NCBI GenBank assembly: GCA_038231135.1
Contig: JBBRLX010000006.1
Span: 32,001-96,000 of the forward strand
Source of the DNA: Candidatus Eiseniibacteriota bacterium
GTDB taxonomy: Bacteria > Eisenbacteria > RBG-16-71-46
Direction: 5' to 3'
Length of the DNA stretch: 64,000 nt
This document shows positions 18,752 to 28,500 of the stretch, piece after piece. Each line of letters starts with the position of its first letter. Position 1 is the stretch's first letter. The position numbers and the translations under genes are program-made. The notes beneath the pieces were generated by a model, which was not told the DNA's origin, did no database searches, and worked only from the letters and a program-made list of their open reading frames with translations.

Positions 18752-19549
18752 TCACCGCGCGCGGATCGTGACCGTGTCCCCGATGCCGAGGCCGACGCGC
18801 AACGCGGCGTGGCCGCCGACCTGCGCGACCTCCAGCCGGTTGCTGGAGCCCACGATCGCGACCAGCGTGCCGATCGGCGAGTCGCCGTAGGAGCGCGCGA
18901 TGCCGCTGATGCGGCGGCCTCCCAGCTCGACCAGCAGATCCTCCTCGGGCACGCCGTGGAACGCCGCCCATAGATCGGCCGACATCACGTTGGTGAGCGC
19001 GTTGCCGAAATGGTCGATGTAGGCGATGCGGCCCACGAGCGCGTCGCCGACGCGCCGGCTCAGGACCTTCTCGAGCCGCACGGGATCGTTGATCTGCGGT
19101 CCCAGCGCCTGGATCGAGACGCCGCGCGCGAGATGCGCGGCCACCGGCGCGAACACGTCGCGGCCATGGAACGTGCGGCTCACCGGCTGGCGGAAGTAGC
19201 GTTCGTCCTTGAGCGCGTGCACCACCGCGCCCGGCGAGCGCAGCGCCCAGTCGAGCACGCCGTTGTCGGGGGCCACGAACGTCTGGCCGCGCGCATGCAC
19301 GGCGAGCGCGCGGCGCGCCGTGCCCACGCCGGGGTCCACGACGACGAGATGCACGGCGCCCGGCGGAAAGTCCTCGGCCGCGGCCTCGATCAGGAACGCC
19401 GCGCGGCCCACGTCCGCGGGCTCGACGGTGTGATTGAGATCCACCACGCGCGCCTCGGGGCACAACTCGTGGATGACGCCATGCACAACTCCCACGAACC
19501 AGTCCGCGTTGCCGAAATCGGAAGTGAACGTGACGATGGGGGCGCCCAT
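18752..19549 (-). CDS. SAM hydroxide adenosyltransferase (DUF62, fluorinase/chlorinase family)
   Basis: TFTSDFG, VVDPGVGT, APDNG, TFHGRDVFAP and IDHFGN motifs. Confidence 0.92.
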   Translation of the reverse strand: MGAPIVTFTSDFGNADWFVGVVHGVIHELCPEARVVDLNHTVEPADVGRAAFLIEAAAEDFPPGAVHLVVVDPGVGTARRALAVHARGQTFVAPDNGVLDWALRSPGAVVHALKDERYFRQPVSRTFHGRDVFAPVAAHLARGVSIQALGPQINDPVRLEKVLSRRVGDALVGRIAYIDHFGNALTNVMSADLWAAFHGVPEEDLLVELGGRRISGIARSYGDSPIGTLVAIVGSSNRLEVAQVGGHAALRVGLGIGDTVTIRAR

Positions 19550-19672
19550 GCGCGGCAGCCTAGCACAGGAGCCGCGCGCCGCGCCGCGCCCCAAATGCTT
19601 GCGGCAGGCCAGCTTGGAAGGGCCATCCCCAGTCCTGCAGCGAACCCGGCCCCGAAATGCCGAATCTTTCGC

Positions 19673-19700
19673 TGGACAAGTGATATCACAATAGTATCTT
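19673..19700 (+). promoter_or_regulatory. promoter containing palindromic operator GTGATATCAC
   Basis: TGGACA-16 nt-TATCTT with a perfect 10-bp palindrome at 19680-19689. Confidence 0.6.
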
Positions 19701-19725
19701 TAGAGAATCAACCAAGGAGGAGTTC

Positions 19726-20595
19726 ATGTTCCGCGAACGGGTAGCCCGGACCCTGCCGGGCGTGGTCATGCTGGTCGTGCTCCTGATCGTCGCCGTGGCG
19801 CTGGTGGCGCTGTTCATCCTCAACATCGCGAGCGGACACTGGGTGATGGCCGTCACGAGCCTGGTGGTGCTGTTCCTGGACGTCATGTCGCTCACCGGGC
19901 TGTTCGTCGTGAATCCCAACGAGGCCAAGGTGGTGCAGATGCTCGGCAACTACGTGGGCTCGGTGCGGACTCCCGGGTTCCACTGGGTGAACCCGCTGAC
20001 CACGCGCCGCGTGTTGTCGCTGCGCGTGCGCAATTTCGAGAGCGCCAAGCTCAAGGTGAACGAGCACTACGGCAACCCGATCGAGATCGCGTCGGTCGTG
20101 GTGTGGAAGGTCGTCGACAGCGCCGAGGCGATGTTCGAAGTCGACGACTTCAAGAACTTCGTCCAGGTCCAGACCGAAGCGGCGCTGCGCACGCTCGCGA
20201 CGGCGTTCCCGTACGATGCCCACATCGAGGGCGAGATCTCGCTGCGCAGCCACACCCAGGAGATCGCGGAGCGGCTGCAGCACGAGATCCAGGAGCGGCT
20301 GTCGAAGGCCGGCGTCGAGGTGCTCGAGGCGCGCATCAGCCACCTGGCCTACGCGCCCGAGATCGCGAGCGCGATGCTGCAGCGCCAGCAGGCCAGCGCG
20401 ATCGTCGCCGCGCGCACGCGCATCGTCGAGGGTGCGGTCGGCATGGTCGAGATGGCGCTCGCCCAGTTGTCCGCCAAGGGCATCGTGCAACTCGACGACG
20501 AGCGGCGGGTCGCAATGGTGTCGAACCTGCTCGTGGTGCTGTGCAGCGACCGGCACGCGCAGCCGGTGGTCAATGCCGGAACGCTCTACAACTAG
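19726..20595 (+). CDS. SPFH/Band-7 domain membrane protein
   Basis: Two TM helices; [28 protein letters not shown] and [10 protein letters not shown] motifs. Confidence 0.92.
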   Translation: MFRERVARTLPGVVMLVVLLIVAVALVALFILNIASGHWVMAVTSLVVLFLDVMSLTGLFVVNPNEAKVVQMLGNYVGSVRTPGFHWVNPLTTRRVLSLRVRNFESAKLKVNEHYGNPIEIASVVVWKVVDSAEAMFEVDDFKNFVQVQTEAALRTLATAFPYDAHIEGEISLRSHTQEIAERLQHEIQERLSKAGVEVLEARISHLAYAPEIASAMLQRQQASAIVAARTRIVEGAVGMVEMALAQLSAKGIVQLDDERRVAMVSNLLVVLCSDRHAQPVVNAGTLYN

Positions 20596-20612
20596 GCCGG
20601 AACGAGGGCGAC

Positions 20613-20816
20613 ATGGCGGAGCGCAAGCCGTATCTATTGAGGCTCGATCCGGCCGTGTTCGACGCGCTGCAACGCTGGGCGGGGGACGATCTGCGCAGCC
20701 TGAACGCACAGATCGAATTCCTGCTGCGCCAGAACCTGCAGCGGGAGGGCCGGCTCCGGCCGGATGGCGCGGCACAGCCGGGCCGCCGGACGCCGCGGCC
20801 GCGGGAGGAGAGGTGA
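20613..20816 (+). CDS. Arc/ribbon-helix-helix DNA-binding protein
   Basis: MAERKPYLLRLDPAVFDALQRWAGDDLRSLNAQIEFLLR. Confidence 0.85.
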   Translation: MAERKPYLLRLDPAVFDALQRWAGDDLRSLNAQIEFLLRQNLQREGRLRPDGAAQPGRRTPRPREER

Positions 20817-21637
20817 GCCTGGAAGACTGCAAGCGCCCGGCGCACGCGGGGCAACGATGGCTCGTACTGTCGATCGCATGGCTCGCGCTGGCGACCCCCG
20901 CACATGCGGGCTACGGCCCGAACGGCCCGTTCAGCTTTGGCGCCGTCATCAACGACTCCGTCGTCGTGAACGCGCCGTTTCACTGTCACTGGGCGCTGTT
21001 CTCTGCGGATTCCACACCGGCCGAAATCCGCCTGCGGTTCCCGCCCGGGGTGTCCTGGGTGGCGGGCGATACGATCCTGAACTGCTCCCAGCCCTGCGGG
21101 GGATCGCTTACCGCAGTCATGAGCCGGGCCCGGCCCGCAACGATTCGCCTGGACGCGAGGGTCGAGCACGTGGATGGCAGCGCGGATCTGGGTCACGTCG
21201 ATCTCGAGGTGCGGCCGGGGCTCAAGGGAACGAGCGTGGCCGAGATCACCCGGCTGTGGCCCGGGCAGAGCCGCGCCGTGTGGGCTGCCGGAGGCTGGCT
21301 GCCGGTCGGCACCCGAAACGGCGTGTCCCAGGACGTCATCGCGAGCCGGGGCAGGAAGCCCGTCGTCCGGCATATGGAGGATGCCGAGGATACTTCCGGC
21401 GTCATCCACCAGGCGGTCGAGGTGCCCGTCATCGTGGTAATCGACGAGCACGGCGCCGCCGTAGGAGCCGTGAGAGACGCCGGCAACCCCGGCCGCTGGC
21501 CGGACGGCGTATACAAATCAGCCATCGACTGCGCCCGCTACCGCTGGAAATTCGCCGCGGCCGAGGCCGACCATCGGCAATATGCGGACTGGTTACACGT
21601 CAAGGTCCGGGTTCGGCCGTCGCCCCTGAGGAAATGA
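20813..21637 (+). CDS. secreted protein with a TonB C-terminal-like domain
   Basis: Signal-like AHA site; C-terminal VPVIVVIDEHG...AIDCARYRWKFAAA pattern. Confidence 0.55.
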   Translation: MSLEDCKRPAHAGQRWLVLSIAWLALATPAHAGYGPNGPFSFGAVINDSVVVNAPFHCHWALFSADSTPAEIRLRFPPGVSWVAGDTILNCSQPCGGSLTAVMSRARPATIRLDARVEHVDGSADLGHVDLEVRPGLKGTSVAEITRLWPGQSRAVWAAGGWLPVGTRNGVSQDVIASRGRKPVVRHMEDAEDTSGVIHQAVEVPVIVVIDEHGAAVGAVRDAGNPGRWPDGVYKSAIDCARYRWKFAAAEADHRQYADWLHVKVRVRPSPLRK

Positions 21638-22757
21638 TTACCAGGGAACCGGACGGGCCCTGCCGGGCGCCGCCGAGCATCTCCCGCAGCAACTCCCACG
21701 CCCCGTCCACGGTCAGCCGCGTCAGGCAGCGCAGGTCCTCGCACTCGTCGCGGTTGCACGGGCTGCACTCGACGCGCGCGTAGTGCGCGCGATGGCCGGC
21801 GGCTTCGGAGTACGGGAAGAACATCGCCGGGCGGTTGCGCGACATGAGGCCCAGCGTCGGCGTTCCCGAGGCGACCGCGGTGTGCAGCGGACCGGTGTCG
21901 CCCGACACGAACGCCGCGCACAGCGATTGCAACGCGACGAATCGCGCGATCGGCCAGCCGACGATCGCCCGCGCCCGACCCGCCGGCAGCCGGGCCACGA
22001 TCGCGGCGGCGAGCTCGCGCTCGTTCAGCGCACCCGTCACCAGCGCGATCGCGGCAGGATCGGATGCCAGCAGCCGGTTCGCCAGCTCGGCGAACCGCTC
22101 GGGCGCCCAGCGGCGCGTGGGCCAGCGGGCGCCGGGATGGAATCCCACGAGCGTGGCCCCGGTGCCGATGCCGAGCGCGGCCAGCGCGTCCCGCGCCTCG
22201 CCGCGGCGCTCGAGGCCGATGTGGAGCGCGGGCACCCGGTCGGGCGCGGGCCAGCCGAGTGCCGCGACCGAAGCGAGGTGGAACCGCACCGCCGACAGCG
22301 TGCGCGGCCGCGCGTGATGGGTGTAGAGCGCCGAGCGCCAGCCCTTGTTGGGATAGCCCACGCGCACGCGCGCACCCGACGCGAACGTCCACACCGCGGT
22401 GCGCGGGTTGCAGAAGAAATCGATCGCGAGGTCGGGAGCGAACCGGCGCAGGCGCGCGAGCAGCTCCAGCGTCTCGCGCGGGCCCGGGCTCCGCGGCACG
22501 ACGAAGCGCTCGTGTATGCGCGGATCGCCCTCGAGCAGCGGCGCGCTGTCGCGTTCGACGACATAACCGATGCGCGCGCGCGGGCACGCGGCGCGGATCG
22601 CCTCGAGCGCCGGCAGCGTCAGGCAGATATCGCCGAGGAAGCGCGGCCGCACGAGCAGCACGCGGCTCACGCCCGCGGGATCCACGGCGGCGGTCGCCGC
22701 GGCCGCCGCGGAGGCGAACCCGGCCGCACCCCCGGGGGCGGAATCGGAGGCCCGCAT
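21600..22757 (-). CDS. GT9 LPS heptosyltransferase family protein (start uncertain)
   Basis: RFLGDI, FHPGARWPTRRW, DTGPLHTA and C-terminal CSPC..C motifs. Confidence 0.88.
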   Translation of the reverse strand: MRASDSAPGGAAGFASAAAAATAAVDPAGVSRVLLVRPRFLGDICLTLPALEAIRAACPRARIGYVVERDSAPLLEGDPRIHERFVVPRSPGPRETLELLARLRRFAPDLAIDFFCNPRTAVWTFASGARVRVGYPNKGWRSALYTHHARPRTLSAVRFHLASVAALGWPAPDRVPALHIGLERRGEARDALAALGIGTGATLVGFHPGARWPTRRWAPERFAELANRLLASDPAAIALVTGALNERELAAAIVARLPAGRARAIVGWPIARFVALQSLCAAFVSGDTGPLHTAVASGTPTLGLMSRNRPAMFFPYSEAAGHRAHYARVECSPCNRDECEDLRCLTRLTVDGAWELLREMLGGARQGPSGSLVIISSGATAEPGP

Positions 22758-22866
22758 GCCTCCGGCGGGCCCGGGGAGGATCACATTCGCGGAAGCTGCG
22801 TTCGGCATGCGCTGGAGTATGATCGGGGTCCGCCTTCGTTCCAACCGCCCTCGAAAGGACAGCAGC

Positions 22867-24075
22867 ATGGCCCGCGATTCCGATTCCCCGCGGCCGCGCG
22901 GTCTGCGGACCCGCGCCGTTCACGGCACCACGCACCTCCCGCCGGGAGCCGTGAGCACGCCGATCGTGCACTCGTCGACGTTCACGTCCGCGAGCATCGA
23001 CGACATGATGCACCAGCAGGAACTCGGGGCCGACGGCAGCTTCTACCAGCGCAGCGGGCACCCCACGCTGAAGGCCGTGGAGGCCCGGCTGGCCGATCTC
23101 GACGGCGCCGAGCGGGCGCTGCTGTTCGCGTCCGGCATGGCCGCGATCGCCGCGGCGTTCCTCGCGCATCTCGAGCCCGGCGACCACATCGTCGCGCTGC
23201 AGCAGAGCTACGGCGGCACGACCGAGCTGCTGCATTGGGGCGCGAAGCGCTTCGGCTGGGAGGTCGCGTTCGCCGACGCGCGCGAGCCCGACGCGATCGA
23301 GCGCGCACTCAAGCCCAACACCCGCATCGTGCACGTGGAATCGCCGACGAATCCCACGCTGTGCATCGTCGACCTGGCGCGCACCGCCGAGCGCACGCAC
23401 CGCCACGGTGCGCTGTTCTTCGTCGACAACACGTTCGCGTCGCCCGCCGGCCAGCGCGCGATCGAGCTGGGCGCCGACCTCGTGATGTACAGCGCCACCA
23501 AGTCCATCGGTGGCCACAGCGATCTGCTGGCCGGCGTCGTCGTGGGGCCCGCGAAGGTCGTGAAACCGGTGTGGAAGGCGCGCGTGGTGTTCGGCGGCAT
23601 CGCCGATCCCACGACGGCGTGGCTGATCGAGCGCAGCCTCAACACGCTGCCGCTGCGGGTCGCCGCGGCGAACGCGAACGCGCTGACGATCGCCACCCGG
23701 CTCGCGGCCAATCCCGAGGTGGTGCGCGTGTTCTACCCCGGGCTCGCCGGCCATGCGAACCACGAGGTGGCGGCACGGCAGATGGCGCTCGGGTTCGGCC
23801 CCGTGGTGTCGTTCGAGCTGCGCGACGCGGCGCAGGCCCAGGCGGTGGTGGACGGGCTCGGGCTGATCTCGGTGGGACCGAGCCTCGGCGGGGTCGAGTC
23901 GCTCGTGACGCTGCCGACGCTGACGTCGCACCGCATGCTGTCGCCGTCCGAGCGCCGGGAGTCCGGCGTCGCGGACGGCCTCGTGCGACTCGCTCTGGGT
24001 ATCGAGGACGCCGACGATCTGTGGGCCGATCTGGAGTCGGCGCTGGCCCGCAGCCGGGTGCCCGCGGCGCGCTGA
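22867..24075 (+). CDS. second trans-sulfuration PLP enzyme (cystathionine gamma-synthase/methionine gamma-lyase family)
   Basis: PIVHSSTF, FASGMAA, ESPTNP, DNTFASP, SATKSIGGHSD and SLGGVES motifs. Confidence 0.9.
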   Translation: MARDSDSPRPRGLRTRAVHGTTHLPPGAVSTPIVHSSTFTSASIDDMMHQQELGADGSFYQRSGHPTLKAVEARLADLDGAERALLFASGMAAIAAAFLAHLEPGDHIVALQQSYGGTTELLHWGAKRFGWEVAFADAREPDAIERALKPNTRIVHVESPTNPTLCIVDLARTAERTHRHGALFFVDNTFASPAGQRAIELGADLVMYSATKSIGGHSDLLAGVVVGPAKVVKPVWKARVVFGGIADPTTAWLIERSLNTLPLRVAAANANALTIATRLAANPEVVRVFYPGLAGHANHEVAARQMALGFGPVVSFELRDAAQAQAVVDGLGLISVGPSLGGVESLVTLPTLTSHRMLSPSERRESGVADGLVRLALGIEDADDLWADLESALARSRVPAAR

Positions 24076-24210
24076 GGGACGATCCCGCATCCGGTTTCGG
24101 GCCCGAACCCGCGGCTTCCGCGGGTTGCGTGCCCTGTGGCCGGAAACCGCCGCCCCATGCTACGCTGGTGCCGCTCTGACCCCCCGTACACCCCCTGTGG
24201 AGGATTGCCC

Positions 24211-25017
24211 GTGAAGCGCTCGATCCTGGCGCTCGTTCCGCTTGCCCTCGCCGCGTGTCTCGCGGCGGGACCGTCGGCTGCCCAGACCGGCTCCACGCTC
24301 GCGGCTCCGAAGAAGCCCGCGTCCGCCACCAAGACTAAGGCGGCGCCCGCACCCGCGGTGACGGCCCCCGCGGCGACGACCCCGGGAACCGAATCCGCCA
24401 CGCCCGGTGCGACATCGAGTCCGGTGGGAACGACCAGCACTCCGGCTCCCGGCATGCCGACCTCGACAGAGCCGGCGAAGCCGGCGGGCGTCGACAGTCT
24501 CGGCCTGCTCGAGCGCGCCGTGAAACGGGACTCCACCAAGTTCGACAACCTGTACCGGCTCGGCGTCATGTACCTCGATCGCGATCGCGTGACCGAGGCG
24601 ATGACCGTGCTGCTCAAGGCCCACCGGCTCAGGCCCAAGAACCACCGGGTGCTCGTGAACCTCGGCGCCGCGTTCGACGCCGCCGGCCAGCCGGCGACCG
24701 CCCAGACCTACTACAAGGAAGCCCTGGCCGCGGCTCCCGGTGACTCGGTCGCCACCTGCCGGCTCGCGAGTTCGCTGTACGCGCAGGCGAACTACAAGGA
24801 CGCGATGAAGCTGCTGCGCTCGATGATCGGCGACCCGAAGAAGAACACCGGCGCCTATTGCGCGTACTTCACGCTGGGCGTGGCGTTCGCGGATGCCGGC
24901 ATCTATCGCGACGCGATCCGGATGTGGAAGAAGGTCATCGAGATCGCTCCCAACTCCGCCGAGGCGAACAGCGCCAAGGAAAGCATCGACGTCCTGGAAA
25001 AATTCGTGAAGCAGTAG
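24211..25017 (+). CDS. secreted TPR protein
   Basis: GGAGG RBS before GTG, signal peptide, Pro/Thr linker and TPR repeats. Confidence 0.82.
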   Translation: MKRSILALVPLALAACLAAGPSAAQTGSTLAAPKKPASATKTKAAPAPAVTAPAATTPGTESATPGATSSPVGTTSTPAPGMPTSTEPAKPAGVDSLGLLERAVKRDSTKFDNLYRLGVMYLDRDRVTEAMTVLLKAHRLRPKNHRVLVNLGAAFDAAGQPATAQTYYKEALAAAPGDSVATCRLASSLYAQANYKDAMKLLRSMIGDPKKNTGAYCAYFTLGVAFADAGIYRDAIRMWKKVIEIAPNSAEANSAKESIDVLEKFVKQ

Positions 25018-25078
25018 CGCAACCGGGACGGGGCGGGCCTGAGACAGCCTCGATTCCCGAGGCGGCGCACGAGGCCCC

Positions 25079-26239
25079 ATGATTTACTTCGACCACAACG
25101 CGTCCACGCCGGTGCGGCCGGAGGTGATCGCCGCGATGTCCGCGGCGCTCTCCGATCTGCACGCGAATCCGTCCAGCTCCCACCGCGAAGGCCAGCGCTC
25201 CCGCGCGGCCATCGATCGCGCGCGCGAGCACGTGGCGGCGCTGGTGAATGCGCGGCCCTCCGGGATCGTGTTCACGAGCGGCGGGACCGAGGGCGATCAC
25301 GCCGCGATCATCGGCGCCGCGTGGGCGCTCGAATCGCAGGGCCGGCGCATCGCGATCTCGGCGCTCGAGCACCACGCGGTGCACGGCGCGGCCCAGGTGC
25401 TGGTGCGCGGCGGCTGGAGCGTGGAGCACCTGCATGCGACGCCGGCGGGGGCACTCCAGCCCGCGGGCGTCGACGCGCTGCCGGCCGGGACCACGCTCGT
25501 GTCGCTGATGCTCGCGAACAACGAGACGGGCGCGGTGCAGCCGGTGGCCGAAGTGGCGCGGCGTGCCCACGCGCGCGGCATGCGCGTCCATTGCGATGCC
25601 GTGCAGGCGGCGGGCAAGATTCCGGTCGACGTGACGGAACTCGGCGCCGACTACCTCGTGATCTCGGCCCACAAACTCGGCGGCCCGAAGGGCGTGGGCG
25701 CACTGGTGCTGCGCGATGGCGCGCCGTACGAGCCGCTGTTCCGCGGCAGCGGCCACGAGCACGGGCGGCGCGGCGGCACCGAGAACCTGGCGGGTATCGT
25801 GGGGTTCGGCGTGGCCGCGGAGCTGGCGGCCCGCGAACTCGCCGCCGAGCACGCCCGCATGCTCGTGCTGCGTGAGCGGCTGGAGCAGGGCCTGCGGGCG
25901 GCGCTGCCGGATGCCGTGATCCACGCCACCGCGACCGCGCGGCTGCCGAACACCGTCAATGTGTCGGTTCCCGGCGCCCGCAGCGATCACATGCTGATGA
26001 GCCTCGACGCACGCGGCGTCGAGGTGTCGGCGGGCGCGGCATGCGCGAGCGGGGCGGTGGAGCCGTCGCCGGTGCTCGCGGCCATGAGCGTGCCCCGCGA
26101 TCTCGCCGTGTGTGCGATCCGGCTGAGCATGGGGCGCACCACGACCGCGGCCGAAGTCGACGCGGTGGTCGCGGCGATGGTGGCGAGTGCGGCGGCGGCG
26201 CGCACGCTCGGCGGCGTGACCGCGGCGGCGGGCGCGTGA
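25079..26239 (+). CDS. iscS: cysteine desulfurase (IscS/NifS class)
   Basis: YFDHNASTP, NPSS, FTSGGTE, HCDAVQ, SAHK and SAGAACASG motifs. Confidence 0.9.
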   Translation: MIYFDHNASTPVRPEVIAAMSAALSDLHANPSSSHREGQRSRAAIDRAREHVAALVNARPSGIVFTSGGTEGDHAAIIGAAWALESQGRRIAISALEHHAVHGAAQVLVRGGWSVEHLHATPAGALQPAGVDALPAGTTLVSLMLANNETGAVQPVAEVARRAHARGMRVHCDAVQAAGKIPVDVTELGADYLVISAHKLGGPKGVGALVLRDGAPYEPLFRGSGHEHGRRGGTENLAGIVGFGVAAELAARELAAEHARMLVLRERLEQGLRAALPDAVIHATATARLPNTVNVSVPGARSDHMLMSLDARGVEVSAGAACASGAVEPSPVLAAMSVPRDLAVCAIRLSMGRTTTAAEVDAVVAAMVASAAAARTLGGVTAAAGA

Positions 26240-27462
26240 CCGCGTCGATGCCTGCTCCGCGCCGCCGCGTGCTCGCCGCGATGAGCGGTGGCGTCGATTC
26301 CGCGGTGGCCGCGGCGCTGCTCGCGGAGCAGGGCCACGACGTCACCGGCGTGACGCTCAAGCTGTGGTGCTACGGCACCTCGCCGGTGTCGCCGCGCGCG
26401 TGCTGCACGCTCGACGCGATCGACGACGCGCGCTCGGTGGCGCGGCGCATGGGGTTCCCGCACTTCACGGTCGAGGCCGAGGAGGTGTTCCGCGCGCGCG
26501 TGCTGCAGCCGTTTCTCGACGCCTACGCCGAGGGCCGGACGCCGTATCCATGCGCGCTGTGCAACCAGCACCTCAAGTTCGGCGACCTGGTGTCGCGCAT
26601 GGAGCTGATCGGCGCCGACACGCTTGCGACCGGCCACTACGCGCGCGTCACGCAGGAGCCCGACGGGCCCGCGCTATGGCGCGCCGCCGACACCACCAAG
26701 GACCAGAGCTACGCGCTGGCGCTGGTGCCGTACGCCGCGCTCGGCCGGGCGGTGTTCCCGCTGGGCGCGCTCGAGAAGTCCGAGGTGCGCGGCCATGCCG
26801 AGCGCCTGGGGCTGACCGTGTGGGACAAGCCCGAGAGCCAGGATCTGTGCTTCGTGCCCGATGGCGACTACGCCGGCTACATGACCTCGAAACTCGGCGA
26901 GACGCGCGGCACCGCGCCCGGCGCGTTCGTCACCGCGGGGGGGCGCGAGGTCGGTGCGCATCGCGGCATCATCCACTACACGGTCGGCCAGCGGCGCGGC
27001 CTCGGCATCGGGTCGGGCGAGCCGCTCTACGTGCTGTCGATCGATTCCGCGCGCAACCAGGTCGTGGTCGGCGCCCGCAGTGAGCTCGATTCACCGGGGC
27101 TCGTCACCGGTCCCATGAACTGGCTGGTGCCCGAGCCGCCCGCCGCGGGGACGCGCGCCGAAGTCCAGATCCGCTCGCATCACACGCCGGCCGCCGTGAC
27201 GCTCCATCCGCGGCCCGACGGCGGCGTCGAGGCGTGGTTCGACGTGCCGCAGGCCGCGGTCACGCCGGGCCAGCTCGCGGTGTTCTATTGCGGCGATCGC
27301 GTGCTCGGCGGCGCCACGATCGCGGGCGCGACCCAGGCGGAGGCGGCGGGCTCCGGCTCCGTGCGCGCCCTGGCGACGGCCGCCGCCACGCTCGCGACGG
27401 CGCCGACGGCGGCGACGGCCGCTGCACCGTCGCCGGACGCGACCGCCGCCGCGAGCGTGTGA
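26236..27462 (+). CDS. mnmA: tRNA U34 2-thiouridylase
   Basis: AMSGGVDS, TPYPCALCN, ATGHY, KDQSY, ESQDLCF, YTVGQRRG and TPGQ motifs. Confidence 0.95.
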   Translation: MTASMPAPRRRVLAAMSGGVDSAVAAALLAEQGHDVTGVTLKLWCYGTSPVSPRACCTLDAIDDARSVARRMGFPHFTVEAEEVFRARVLQPFLDAYAEGRTPYPCALCNQHLKFGDLVSRMELIGADTLATGHYARVTQEPDGPALWRAADTTKDQSYALALVPYAALGRAVFPLGALEKSEVRGHAERLGLTVWDKPESQDLCFVPDGDYAGYMTSKLGETRGTAPGAFVTAGGREVGAHRGIIHYTVGQRRGLGIGSGEPLYVLSIDSARNQVVVGARSELDSPGLVTGPMNWLVPEPPAAGTRAEVQIRSHHTPAAVTLHPRPDGGVEAWFDVPQAAVTPGQLAVFYCGDRVLGGATIAGATQAEAAGSGSVRALATAAATLATAPTAATAAAPSPDATAAASV

Positions 27463-28391
27463 GCACCGTACCCGCCACCGCCGCGAGCCCGCCGCTCGCG
27501 GTGCGCACGCTCGAACGCTGCCTGGTGTGCGGGAGTGCGAGGCTCCTGCCGCTCGGGATGGCCTACGAGTTCCGCGGCCGGCGCTTTCCCGCCGTGCGGT
27601 GCCACGAGTGCGGGATGCGGTTCCTCGCCGTCCAGCCCGCTCCCGAGGCGTTCGCGGAACTCTACGGCGCCGAGTACTTCGAGACCGATTTTCGCTGCGG
27701 CCGCAGCGACGCCCATTCGTTCGCCGAGGCCGCGTTCCGGGCCGAGAACGCCGGGTTGCTCGACGAGTTCGCGAAGCTCGGGCCCCCGGGCCGGCTGCTC
27801 GAGGTGGGCAGCGCGAGCGGCTGGCTGCTGCGCCACGCCGCGGAGCGTGGCTGGCAGGCGCGCGGCGTCGAGCTGTCCGGGGAGGCGGTCGCACATTCGC
27901 GCTCGATTGGCGCCGAGGTGTTCCATGGCGATCTGCTTGCCGCGCAGTTCCCGGCGGCGTCGTTTGACCTGATCTACCTGGGCGACGTGCTCGAGCACGT
28001 GCCCGACTGCCGTTCTGTGATGGCGGAGGTCGCTCGCCTGCTGGCGCCGGGCGGGCAGCTCTACCTGCGCGGGCCGATCACCACGAACTCGCTGGCCCGC
28101 CGGCTCGCGCTCGCGGCCATGGCGGCGACCGGCCGCACGATCGTGCTGCGCGAGCCGCCGTACCACCTGTGGGAGTTCACGCCGGCATCGCTGCGCCGGC
28201 TGGTGGCGGACTGCGGGCTCGAACTCGTTGCGATGCGCCAGAGCAAGATTCCCGCGGGGCGGCCGCACGGCACGAAGTCGGCGCCCGAGCGCCTGGCGCT
28301 CCGCGTGTTCGACGCCGTGAACGTCCCGATCACCCGCACGTTCCGCGTGTTCGGCGATCGCGTGGTGATGATCGCCCGCCAGCCGCGCTGA
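27459..28391 (+). CDS. class I SAM-dependent methyltransferase with N-terminal CxxC pair
   Basis: CLVC...CHEC, LLEVGSASG, VLEHVPD and PPYHL motifs. Confidence 0.85.
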   Translation: MSTVPATAASPPLAVRTLERCLVCGSARLLPLGMAYEFRGRRFPAVRCHECGMRFLAVQPAPEAFAELYGAEYFETDFRCGRSDAHSFAEAAFRAENAGLLDEFAKLGPPGRLLEVGSASGWLLRHAAERGWQARGVELSGEAVAHSRSIGAEVFHGDLLAAQFPAASFDLIYLGDVLEHVPDCRSVMAEVARLLAPGGQLYLRGPITTNSLARRLALAAMAATGRTIVLREPPYHLWEFTPASLRRLVADCGLELVAMRQSKIPAGRPHGTKSAPERLALRVFDAVNVPITRTFRVFGDRVVMIARQPR

Positions 28392-28500
28392 TCCGCGATT
28401 CCTGGGCCGGTTTTTCCGCTGGACCTGGGGCCTAAGAGATGCGTAAGTTCCGGGCGCACAGGACACTTCGGCCTTCGATCCCCTAAGAGGAGGATGAGCC

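Noticed and set aside
18752..19549. Fluorinase/chlorinase implying organohalogen biosynthesis
   Set aside because: It carries the D...HGRD pattern of the widespread DUF62 SAM hydrolases and has no biosynthetic cluster context.
27330..27462. Ala/Thr-rich C-terminal extension of MnmA as an extra domain
   Set aside because: Low-complexity tail typical of stop-codon drift in GC-rich genomes.
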